Origin: the human T2T-CHM13v2.0 reference genome, Homo sapiens
NCBI RefSeq assembly: GCF_009914755.1
Contig: NC_060935.1
Length of the DNA: 64,000 nt
Direction: 5' to 3' (one strand)
In this document: positions 30,815 to 42,981 of the stretch, in pieces
How the letters are laid out: the number at the start of each line of letters is the position of its first letter
Numbering within the stretch: the stretch's first letter is position 1
Translations under genes and position numbers: made by a program
The notes under the pieces: model-generated
Told to the model about the DNA's origin: nothing
What the model saw: the letters and a program-made list of their open reading frames with translations, nothing else
Databases searched by the model: none

Positions 30815-32650
30815 CCAACAAAAAATAGCTAAAACTTTTTGATAAGTCTGCCAAGTCTCTAGAAGTCCTAACACAACTTGCTAAAAATATATATATAATA
30901 TATACGGATATTATGTATATAATATATATATGGATATTATATATATATATAATATATGTATACATAACTATATATAACTTTCAGGAAGTTAACTGCAAGA
31001 AGAACTGCCTAAAAATATACATTTTAAGTTGCCTGGCTCAGGCTCAGACCCTGAAACCCTAAAGCCTAAACCTTTTTTCTGGAAAAAGAAGTGTCATTTC
31101 TAATATCATCATAGTCCTTGGGTATAACACAATTTTTCTATCTCGGACTTGGTATCTGCACCACTAGAATATGGACAGAAATGTTATGGCAAGCAGTGAA
31201 AATGTGTTAATCTGTTAAGTATAGAAACAGTTCGGAAATAAAAACCGAGCGTTTCAGAGGTGATCCTCCAATGTCTGGAGAAGACGCCTTCTAATATGAC
31301 TGAAACAGCCTGCTGATATATTGAAAATGTGGCAGGCAACAAGTAACAAAAAGGAATAACTTGTTCTAAAACGTAAAGTCGTTTGCATTTTGAGGACTAA
31401 GTGCTTTACAAGTCCAAGAGTTTAGAGACACACTGGAATTTGAGAGTGTCACAAAGACAAACCACACACATATTTAAGTCACTGCTCACTGGGAAAAGAG
31501 CTTGGTTATGTACTATGTATGGTATAGAATAGTTGTAATAGTTGCTAAGGTACCAGTGGATCAGGGAATGATCACAGAGCTGCCTTCAACATATAGGGAC
31601 AAGGATACTAAGTGGGGCACTTTGAGTGATGTCAATGGATATTTGCTTTGCAGTTCCAAAGAAAATACACTACATCAATGAGAAGTGGAAACCTTAAGTC
31701 ACCAGAATGACAGAGGATTGGAGGATCAGGTCTTTGTGTATTGACAAAAATGTGGAATCAGCCAAAAATGGAAGAATCTAAACTCTAACCCTATAAGATT
31801 AGTGGGGAAATGGTGGGGATAGATGTGGATGGTTCCTCACAAGGCCCAAAAAGGACAAGAACTAGGAAAAGGGATAATTAAGCAGCACAAAAAAGTCTTC
31901 CTAAAGTATCATAGATGTTAAAGTGTGGATACATGCAAAAGAAATATCATCAAGATGACCTAAGGTATTTGTAATATCAAAATTATTAAGAATGTTTTAT
32001 AAAATAGCACAGAAGTTTGATCCTAAAAATCCCTGACTCTCATTATAACAGAATCAGGGTAGATAAAGGGAAGCACCTAAAACACATGATTTAATCACTG
32101 GCTGTACTAGGTTTGATATGGGGGAAAAAAAGGAGGTAGGTTTGCTATTCTTTAGTACATTTTACCATACATCACAAGTGCACAGTGGTTTATATACATT
32201 TATAATAGGTACCAAAGCTATCTCCTAATAAAATATGTTGACCAAGACTATATTGTATAGGTTCAAAAGTTTGCCGGTATAATAGTTATATGATGTTGAA
32301 GCTGGAATTACCTGTATGGTATAACTGTGTGACAATAATTATAGAGAAACATTAGTTGCAGTAGTAGTTCAGTGCCCTGAAATCAAAGCATTCTAGAAGT
32401 GAGCACATTGAGAGAGAGTAATCCAAACTAGTTTAGACAATGACTGTTAGTATTGCAGATGGCATAGAGCAATAGCACCTGTGGGTTTTTTTTTTTCATG
32501 AGTTACACTTGCTGCAGTAACTTTTTATATCACTATTGAGGCTGTCCAATCCCAAAATGGAAGCATTTTCTCTTAAGGGTGGAAGGAGGAACTGGAAAAA
32601 AGTAACTGCAGGACTCAAACATTTAGGCTATGATCTAGAACCCTAAAATC
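30815..32650 (+). mobile_element. Highly decayed Ty3/Gypsy-like LTR-retrotransposon pol remnant (RT, RNase H, integrase)
   Basis: Ordered motif relics across frames: ILSCLAQAQTLKP (31021), FLEKEVSFL...SLGI (31076), LGL (31142), AFQ (31249), GLSALQVQE...LEFES...EKSL (31394-31504), QWIFALQ (31633), VDGSSQG (31825), YHTSQVHSG (32163), VQSQNGSIF (32544). Confidence 0.62.
30888..30978. repeat. (TA)n-rich microsatellite
   Basis: Direct inspection. Confidence 0.85.
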
Positions 32651-34189
32651 TCTGAGAATGTTTCATAAGACAGGTTAAATTGACACCAATTATTTGCATA
32701 CCAGAGCACCATATATTTCTAACTCTTTTTGTTAATACAGAAAAAATTATAGAAAAGCATGAATGTATATGGTTTATTGAATAAGATCTGATGCCATAAA
32801 ATATACCAATACACTGAGCTCCATGTTTCAAATGCTCTAGTCTACCTACTAAGTAGTCAATGGATGTCAATACTATATTCAAGAGGTAAGCATTATCACA
32901 TATGTATAGTTGAAGAAGATGAAGTAAGGACAAATTTAATCTGCCCATTAAGGTGCATTCATTTGAAAGATTGTTTCATGGGATCTTGGGAGGGAAATTT
33001 TTGAAAGTTAACTTGAGGTAGATAAAAGAAATCTAGAATATTATTATTATGTTATTGTTAAAACTTTTTATTTATCATTTTTTATTTTAAATTATAAAAC
33101 TGGATTTGGCAGATTTTAGGAAACTTTAGCAAAGCCTCCTTAAGGATGTCTCCTGACAGATGTAATTCTGTATATATTTTTCGAAGCTAGGTAAAGCATG
33201 TCAAAACAACAGGTGAGTTTAATCCTGTAAAATATTTTCATATTTCCCTATTCCAGTATGTTAGAGAGAAAATTCTATGACTTCTGGGTGTGATAACAAC
33301 AATAAATTCATAAAACAGTATTATTCAGGATGTTCAGAGAGGAATTGTAAAAAGAGACCCTAGAAGGTGCAGGAATTGCAGCAATAGAGTTCAGAAAAAT
33401 CTTAGAAGGACAAAACCCTCAGCTAGGAAATACTTGATAAACGGCTCCAAGTTGACAGATAAGAGGGCATTTCAGAGGTAGGAACTGCTTAATCATATAT
33501 GTCAATAAATTTTCATGAGGCTAATCTAGCCTTTCCTTTTCTGATTTTCTAAAATTTCTTCAGAATTTTCTTGCTTTCCATTTGGTGATAGATCAATATA
33601 CATTTTCAATATTTCTGTTCAGCCTTCTACTTCTTCCTTTTCTTCTCACTTTCCATTCAGATAAGTTTTCTTACTGAAGAGCATGCATTATTTTTTTTCC
33701 TGATTCTCCTGTAAATTTAATGGGGGAGTGACCTATTTTACAACTTAAAAGCTCCCATATTCTGTATTCTAGATGCAATGTTTGTGGGGCTTCTTCGAAA
33801 AAAAAAGGCACTGATTTGGTTACAGTGTGCTCTCTGAAATAAAAGTGGTGTCTTAGAGAGTGGCAGACTCATACTGTGCTGACAAAAGCTCTTTGATCCA
33901 AAACAAACTGATGCACTGCTTTGGACCCTAGGGAATAATGACACTATTTCGCCTAAGATACAGAACCAATAAAAAATAGCTTCCTACAAGAATAATCCTT
34001 GGATATATGTAAGACAATATCCTTTGTTGAGAACTCAACAAATAAAACTGGTTTTAAAATAATTAGAAAAACAAGAAATAATTAGAAAAAGTGGGGCATT
34101 TACCCTATAATAGTCCTATATGTCCAGTAAAGATGGAAGACAAATTTGATCTTATCTGACAGTATTGATCTGAGATACTAAGTTTTTAA

Positions 34190-34620
34190 GGTCAAATATC
34201 ATATGTTCTCACTCCATATTTGGGAGTTAAAAAAGTGGATCTCATGGAAGCGGACAGTAGAATAGTGGTTGCCAAAGGCTGGGATGTGAAGGCAGGAGAA
34301 GGGAGTGAAGAGAATTTGATTACATGATACAGTAATATGGTTGGATAGAAGGAATAAGTTCTAGTATTTGATAGTACAGTAGGGAAATTATAATTAACAA
34401 TAATTTATTTCAAAATAGCTAATTTTCCCTTAGCTATTTGAAATAAGATATTTCAAAATAGCTAAAGAAAAAGAATTATAATGTTCCCTACACAAAGAAA
34501 AGTATTTGAGGTTATGGATATCCCAAATACCCTGATTTGATCATTATATATTGTATACAGGTATCAAAGTATCATATGTACCCCCAAAATTTGTACAACT
34601 GTTATATGTAAATAAAAAAT
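34190..34620 (+). mobile_element. L1MA-type 3' end
   Basis: atatgttctcact...gatagaaggaataagttctag...ccctgatttgatcatt...aataaaaa. Confidence 0.85.
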
Positions 34621-34953
34621 ATAAGATTTTAATTTGGCCATTCAATTTGAGCAAATATGAATGTAGTTTATAAATAATATAATAATAATGCTATATAATA
34701 GTATACATATTATTGAAATTTATAATTAATAGTGCATTTTTATAGATATAAACTCAATATTTCCCAAAATGTGGTCCAATTATATTGGAGTTCAGAATCG
34801 AATGTAAATGGAAAATACAGATACCTTACCAGCTCTTGTAGAATTACAAAGTACTCCAAGATACTAAATTTCTAATAAATCTTTGCGACTTTTTAACTTT
34901 GACTTTCTCTAGTATTTCCAAATGTGTTTCACTACAGTAATCTCTATGGTGTC

Positions 34954-35309
34954 TGTATTAGTGTGTTCTCACACTGCTAATAAACTGCTAATAAAGACAT
35001 ACCCGAGGCTCATAATAAAAAAAAAAAAAAGAGGTTTAATGGACTCAGTTCCACATGGCTGGGGAGGCCTCACAATCATGGCATAAGATGAAGGAAGAAC
35101 AAAGGACGTCTTACATGGCAGCAGGCACAGGGATTCCCCTTTATAAAATGATCAGATCTCATGAGACTTATTCACTATCACAAGAACAGCACAGGAAAAA
35201 ACCCACCCCCATGATTCAGTTACCTCCCACCGGGTCCCTTCCATGACCTGCGGAGAATATTACAATTCAAGGTGAGATTTGGGTGGGGACACAGAACCAA
35301 ACTGTATCA
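34954..35309 (-). mobile_element. THE1 (B/C-like) MaLR solo LTR
   Basis: tgtattagt...gagatttgggtggggacacag...atca. TSD gtgtc / gtatc. Confidence 0.9.
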
Positions 35310-35961
35310 GTATCTGTAATTGATGTATGTGTGTTTGTGCGTGTATTTGCACACATGTGCTATGTGTGAGACCAATCAATATCTCACTGGACACTTCTAT
35401 TTCTTGCAGAAAAGTTTGGAGTACACTAAGTCAACATATAGTGTCTAAATCCTCCTAGTCATCTGGTGCTGGAAGTATTATTGGTCATTAAATGTGTTAG
35501 ATTTTGGCCATGATAGGGTATTAAATTAGTGGTTCTTGAACTTTTGTAAAATGGCAGATAGTGATAATCACCTGAATAACTTAAAAACAGGCAAGAATAC
35601 TGAATTTCTATTTTTTCTCAGAAAGTCTGATTGAGTAGCTCTATTGATTTTAAATAATTCTTTAGTTATTAGAAGTCTCCCAATGACTCTGATGATAAGT
35701 TACATTGGTGAATACCTGAATAACTAATATTCTTATACTGTACTAGTGTTATATAATTCAGATGTTTGGAAGGACACTTAGACTATAATTTTATGATAGT
35801 ATGAAATCTGTAATATTCATGTAATTATCCTGGCAAATAATGTCAGGCACATGCAATTAAAATTTCTGAACTCAGGTCATGGATAATTTTGTTGATTTAG
35901 AGATTGTTGAGAAACTTTTTAATGTTCTTATGTGAAAGAAAATTGTTAAGATATAAACACA

Positions 35962-36341
35962 GTCCTTTGGTCTGAATGACTCTGCAACACGCCTCCCTCC
36001 CCCACCCCCACCCAGCCAAATTAATATGTTAAAAACCTAACCACAAATGTGATGGTATTAGAAGGTAGACATTTTTGGAGGTGATTTAGTTATGAGAATA
36101 TGATTAGTGCCCTTAGTAAAGAGGTCCTAGAGAACAGCCTTGCTCCTTCCACCATGTGAGATCACAGCTGGAAGTTGTGGTCTATGAACCAGAATGTGGG
36201 GCCCTCACCAGACACTACATGTGCAGGTAGCTTGATCCTTCACTTCCTCACCTCCATGACTGTAAGAAATAAATTTCTGTTGCTTATAAGCTACCCAGTT
36301 TATGGTATTTTGTTATGGTAGCCTGCGTGGACTAAGATACA
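35962..36341 (+). mobile_element. MLT1A-type MaLR solo LTR
   Basis: aatgtgatggtattagaagg...aataaatttctgttgcttataagctacccagtttatggtattttg...gactaagataca. Confidence 0.85.
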
Positions 36342-37394
36342 GAGGATGGAGAAAAAACTGTTACATCAGCTACTGATAGAGCCATTGGAAGACAAGACTT
36401 CAGTTGATGGCTAAGTGCTGTTTTTAATACTTCATCACTAAATTACACATAATTATGCACATATGCTAACAGCTAGATCAATTACAGGATTCACTCTAGA
36501 AGGTCAGAGTATTATAGTGCATAGCAGAAGGGAAACTTAAACACGTAAGTCTGCATGTTGGCACATCCCAAAGTGAATACAAGAAGGGATAAAACTGAAC
36601 ATGTTCATTACTAGTTTCCTTTCCCAAGTTCACCCACTATATTGGATATATTGGAAAGTCACCTTTCCATGTATAAGGAGAAATAAGTAAAGAACAGAAA
36701 GAGAAGAAAAGAATACTAATTTCTATTAGAAAGCTTCTTGCTGTGAAAACATAAGCACAGATGACAAAATGGCTTCAGAAAAAAAAATAGTGAGTTACAA
36801 AGCCAAACTCAATTCTGGCTTTCTGGTTTCCAGACAAGTATTTCCAGGATGCTTTCTTTCAAAAACAAATATGGCATAGACGTTTATGAAATTTGCAGTT
36901 TAATTCCTTGAATTCTTATCATCTAGTTCATTTATTCGATAATTTTCATTAGACTTCGACTTTGTGTCAGAATATGTGTTAAGGGAGGAAAAAAGAAGAG
37001 TGAATATGACTCATTATAGCCCATAATCTTGAGTCACAAAGTAAATAACCATAGCATGCTATAATAAATACAAGGATTGAAATACCTGGATTGTTATTTA
37101 GAGAGAAGAATGAGGATGAACATAACCCAACTGAACATAACACAATCCAATAAAGAAAATGTATTGCCTCATATAACCTTAAAATCCAGTGTAGGAGCCT
37201 CTAGAGGCTAATATATTGTTATCAAGTCAGGTATGATAGCAAGAGCTAGAGCAAGTTTTTGAGATCATGGGTGACACATTAAAGACAGAATATCAAAAAG
37301 GTAGCCTGAACTCTAGACATGTGAAGCTATTATACCAGCCTAGACTACTTGTGCTTGAAATGCTATATGATGGAAATAATATTATTCCTTTATT

Positions 37395-37735
37395 TAGTGT
37401 ATCCACACTGTATATACTACTTGCCTTTAGTCATTTAGTAACCATCTCAGTTTTTGGATTGACTTGTCACAGTATAATAATGCTTGTCTTCAAGAGACCT
37501 TTATTTTACTTAATAATAGCCCCAGAGTGCAAGAGTAGCGATGCTGGCATATTGTTATAAGTGTTATATTCTATCATTAGTTATTGTTGTTAATTTCTTA
37601 ATGCATAATTTATAAATTAAATCTTATCATAGAAACATATGGATAGGGAATACATAGTATATATAGGTTTAGGTGCTATCTATCGGTTCAGGTGTCATCC
37701 CCTGGGGGTTTTGGAATGCGTCCTTCTCTGCAGTG
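37395..37735. mobile_element. MER44/Tigger7-type DNA transposon fragment
   Basis: aataatagccccagagtgcaagagtagcgatgctggca...catagtatatatagg...ctgggggttttggaa. Confidence 0.7.
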
Positions 37736-39235
37736 GTGATATCAAAGGCAACTTAGACAACATTGATCCAAAAACACTTAATTAATTATTTAAACTTGCT
37801 ATGACAACCACAGAAGGAAATGAAACTTACTTGCAGTAAATAAGAATTTTCCCAAAGTTCAGGCTGTTCAATCTTTTTTATCTACGGTATGAGATATTCT
37901 ATTATGAACTCTTTTGTTCATCATGCAGTTTCATTCTAGATACTCCTTTCTAACATTCTCTAACCAAAGTTAGTTCCCTCCTCTCTAATAATTAACTCAA
38001 TTTAAGGTAACTCTTTTATTATCATATCACTATTGTGAATGGCAGACTCACAGCACTACCAAAACTACAAAGATGTTGGCCTAGTATATCCCAGTCTTCC
38101 TTTTTGAAAAATCTACGTTTGCTTTTGACCCACATGACTTTAATTGTCCCCAAAATAATAATGATTTGCAGCCTTCTATTGATATCTTGCTTCTGTTCTG
38201 TTTTGCTCAACTTTCCTTATTCCCTTAAACTGGCTGAACACATGCTTTCTACTGAACAAACACTACGTTTTCTTCCTCCAGATTAACCACATTCTCCCTC
38301 TCCTTGTTGAAATTAATGCTTACCAACACTTATCTATCATATGACTTTCTAAATTGTTTATCTCTGCTGAAAAGGATCCTATAACTTGAAAAGATTAACT
38401 TTTATTTTTCCTTTCTGAATATTGCTTCCCATAAATTTTTTATCGATCAACTTTTCCAGAATCAATCACAATATTTAATGTGCCTGTAGTGTATTTCTCA
38501 CAACCAGGTGTTGAATAAATTCTTTTGAATCAATTTATTTATATGCTCCTCTTTCTTCCCTTTAACCCCTATACATATAGCTTTTGAAATCTAAAAAAAT
38601 ATACAAAGGTGGTTTTTCATCATTGTAGGAAAATATTACAACCCCAAATCACGTTGGCAACTCCATTATTCATGCAAAGGGAAAGGACTAGCAAGAACAT
38701 GTGGTCAAAATAAACAAAAATAATCTGTATAATTATTTATACTAGCAAAATTTTTAAAAATGAAAATGTAAACTTGGAATTTGGGTTATAATTTTGATAT
38801 TGATTAAATTTTCCAAAGCCACTCAATTTAGTTAGATCCTCTGAGTGGTAAGGTGTTTGTGCATTTGTTGCTGTTTTTCATAAATCTGAATAATCAGACA
38901 ATTATCTGAAGAATATGAAAACAAGACATAGCAAGCTATAGCATATCAGGTTAGAATTAGTTGACTTACAACGTCGCTGAATATATACATTCCATTTATT
39001 TCAAACACCATGAAAAAGAATTGGATTTGGAGTCAGAGAGAATTGGGTTTAAATAAGGCTTTGTCTCTTATTGGCTGTATCAGTTGAAGATACATTTAGC
39101 TTCAAGTTATAGAGAACCCAATTTAAAGTAGTGTAAATTGAATAAAGTAACTTTTTTCACATTTAATATGACATTAAACAATAGGGAGTATAGACTGTGA
39201 TTATCTTGGTTCTTCCTTTAGGCTGGCTTCACTCA

Positions 39236-39607
39236 TGTTTTAGTTGGTTCTCATGCTGCTAATAAAGACATACCCAAGACTGGGTAATTTATAAAGGAAA
39301 GAGGTTTAATTGACTCAGTTCAGCATGGCTCAGGAAGCCTCAGGACACTTACAATCATGGCAGAAGGGAAAATAATCACATTCTTCTTCACATGGCTGCA
39401 GGAAGGAGAAGTGCTGGGCAAAGGTGGAAAAGCCCCTTATAAAACTATCAGATCTCATGATAACTCACTCACTATCACAAGAACATCATGGAGTAACCAA
39501 CCCCATGATTCAATTACCTCGCACCTGGTCCCTCCCATGACACATGGGGATTATGGGAACTACAATTCGAGATGAGATTTCAGTGGGGACACAGCAAAAC
39601 CATATCA
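39236..39607 (-). mobile_element. THE1 (C/D-like) MaLR solo LTR, probably nested in an older MLT1 LTR
   Basis: aataaagacatacccaagactggg...ggggacacagcaaaaccatatca, with a perfect TSD actca (39231-39235 / 39608-39612). Confidence 0.9.
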
Positions 39608-41129
39608 ACTCATGACTGTTCCCTCTTCACTTTTAGTGGAGGAGAGACAACTATTCATTTAAGCAGAGAATACAAATGCTTTTCTTTAATCTCACTGAGC
39701 TAACATAGACTATGTGCCAATTTGTAGACCAGTAATAATCACCAGGAAATGCCATATGTTGATTGCTTAAAGCCAAGACTTCCATACTATCATTGGCGAA
39801 ACAGATGGAGTACTATAAATGGCCCAGACTAATAAAGATTATCTCTGAAAACAGAGTCAATGTAATCCAAGTCAAAAAGATTACTTGAAGGAGAGATAGA
39901 TAACTGAACACAGTATAGTTGAATGCAGTATACAATATTGCTTAACAGTTCCATCTATTTCTACAAGGCAACATTTATAATGTTTTAGTCATTGTAGCCT
40001 TCAAATAGAAAAATAGTACTAATCAAAGAGTCACTGAACAATTGTTTAAGTATTCTTCCTTTGAGTAGACTATCTTTCAAAATAGTCTAATGTTCTGGGA
40101 GACTAATGATAGAAGTGGTTTCCCCTCCATCTGCCAGCAGCATGCTCCTCTGCACAATGTCCTTAATCACTTAATGCAGTATACAGAAATAGTGTGAGAC
40201 CAGAAGACTTTCACATGATAGAGTAAATAAGTTTGAAATACACATAAGCTTTCTTGTAAATAAAAGGGTATATAAGAGCAGGAAACTTTTATCTACGGCT
40301 ACTACTGTCATCTCTGGGCATAAAACAGTAACACATAAAATAAAATTTCAATAAAATGTTTTTAAAATTAATCTTTCTTAATCATATACATTAGAATATA
40401 ATTTACCCCAGGATTTTTTTAAAAAGTATGATTCATTTGCAGTAATCCCGATTTTGTTAACATGTAACCTATAAAAAGTCATGCTAGTTAATTCCCAACA
40501 ATGTGCCAAAACTTTATGAAATCAAAAATTACTTTTCTACTAATATTTTGTGATATTTTTAAATTATAGATTACTTAATTCTATGAGGTATTGGATTCAT
40601 TGGAAAAGATATTAATGAGTATGTTCACTTTTACTTTGCATAAGACTTCATTAATAATATTAAAAAGATAATAAAATAATTAGGGTATTTATTGTCTTAT
40701 TTTCTCATAGAATTTCCTTTTCCTCAATGAAGGGTATACAATATTATCTTTAAATAATATCTTAAGTTGCTAACTTTAAGCAAGGCAATACTAAAATAAA
40801 ATGATAATAATTTAATAAACCTACTTATATCTTTGATAGAAATTCATGTATTTTAATATTTAAATTTAATATTAAAGTGAATATTGACTTGTCCATGATT
40901 TTAGAGAAAAAGCACATCATATACCAACCAAATGGTCAAACACATTTACTTATTTTCAGATAAATATTTTTCCATTTCATCTGGTTTCGTCCTCTGCAGT
41001 TATGCATTTTATTGCAATGTTTTCAAAAGTTGTGGCTAATTTATTTCATGCATTTATGTGCAACAAAGGTTAAATGTTGATGGCTGGGAGGAAAAATTCC
41101 TAGCTAACTTGTCATATTAAGTTGCATGA

Positions 41130-41285
41130 ATCCCCAGCTACTCAGGCTGAGACATGGGAATTGCTTGAACCTGGGAGGTGGAGGTTGCAGTCAGCCAAGA
41201 TCATGCCACTGCACTCCAGCCTGGGCAACAGAGCTAGACACTGTATCCCCCCAAAAAAAAAAAAAGAAAAAGAAAAAGAAAAAAT
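41130..41285 (+). mobile_element. Alu right arm only (5'-truncated)
   Basis: cccagctactcaggctgag...cactccagcctgggcaacagagc followed by an A tail. Confidence 0.88.
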
Positions 41286-42187
41286 AGAGTCCTATCTTGT
41301 TAGGTAAAACGGCCTATTTTAAAGCAACAGGAGTGGTGCGACTCAACGTTCCCCATCTCCAATAGCCTAGATTACCTAGGATAATGAAGAAAAGACCAAT
41401 TTTAGTCAGTACTTTTCAGTTTTTTTCTCATAAAGTAGCCTGGTCTGTTCAAGGAACCCACGGCTTTTAAAATCTAAAATCAACTAAAACCATCCAGAAA
41501 CTCTTTCTTGGCTTTGTGTACCAAAATTACTTTAGAAGCCAAGAATCCTCCTACTGTTTGAGTTGGCAGGAGCCCAGGCTTAGGCCTATAAGAATTTCTG
41601 GTCAGACTGCTCAGCTCATATTGCACGGGGCATGCTACAGCCTCTGGGGAGTAATTACTCTCCAAACCATTAGAAATACAGAAGGGAAGTAGTTGACAGG
41701 CAGGCCTCACAGTTAGCTAAACTGTATTGGCAATGCTGTCCAGAAAATAAGCAATGCTTCAAGAACAATTCAAAGGTGATATAAGAGGTAATGTAACTGA
41801 ACTAAGCTTACTAATAGTTGGAGTTATTTTGTAATAGCTAGTATCATTAAACGTTGGGATTCATTTCAAACTTATTTTATCTAGCTTTGTAAATAATCTC
41901 CCTTCTTTAATTTGGAGAAACAACTATTTTTTAGGTCAAATGCAGTATTTTAGCACTCTTCACAGCAATTTATTACTGTTTTCTCCAACAAAAGTGTCTG
42001 GAAAGGTAACCAGCTAGTTTTAAATATAATGTCATACTACAGCAATCCATCCAGAGACCACATGACCATGACATATTTTCAAGTAACTGGACCAAAAATC
42101 CCTGCTAAGTCACTAACGTAGATGACATGCATTCTTGTATGTAAAAATATTGTTATTCTATTATTACCTAATATTAAACATTCCTTA

Positions 42188-42981
42188 TGAAACAGGAGAG
42201 TTCCCTGATTCCCCTCGCAGGATGTGCAACAAGGGTGTTGCATGCTTGGTTGCCCTGAAGTTCAAACCCCTAGGGGGATCAGGCAGACGGGCAGGTACAG
42301 AGGCTGGCATGAGCGCTTTTGGGCTTTGACCCCACAGCAGCAACTAGGGGTGAGTGTCTGCATCTCCTGAAGCCCAGATGGGTGTGCGTTTCCAAGTTCT
42401 TTCATATTTGCTGTCTCTAGACAGCTTATGTGTTAATCAGCTCAATGGACCCTCTGTCTTATTGCAAGGGCAAGAGGCCAGTGTGACAGCCGGAGTCCTT
42501 GCCCAGTGTACTGGAAAAAATTGCATCACATTTGGGCTCCAAGAATGAGTGCAAGTTTTTATTGAGGGGTCGAGGTGGCTCTCAGTGAGATGGATGGGGA
42601 GCCAGAAGCAGGGGAGATGGAGTGGGAAGGTGGTCTTCGCCTGGAGTCTGGCCACCCATCAGCTGGACTCTTCTACCGTCCCTGGCTGAACTCCCCTTAG
42701 CCTCCAGACATCCCTCCTCTTCTCTATTTCTCTGCCATGTTGCTCTGCAGTAGCTGCTCTGCTGGTCCCTACGTTCAGCCACATGTGTGTGTGACTGCTA
42801 TGGTCTCGGGTTTATATGGGGGCAGGATGAGGGGGTGGCAGGCCAAAAGGCAACTTTTGGGGCATGAAAGCAGAAATACCTGTCCTCATTTAGGGCCTCA
42901 GGTCTTCGGGCTTGAGGATGGGGCCTTTGCCGGGGAACCACTCTCTTGGACCCAGTATTTCCCTGTCTCCTGTCCATATCA
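42188..42981 (-). mobile_element. ERV1 solo LTR, LTR1 group
   Basis: Minus strand begins tgatatggacaggagacagggaaatactggg and ends ctcctgtttca. 4-bp flanks ctta / ctaa. Confidence 0.8.

Noticed and set aside
33121-33218. Possible exon (ttttag acceptor, cag-gtgagt donor)
   Set aside because: Splice-like motifs alone are common. There is no partner exon or coding signal, so transcript data would be needed.
34954-39607. Two same-orientation THE1 LTRs as one element
   Set aside because: Separate TSDs (gtgtc/gtatc and actca) and no THE1 internal sequence between them.
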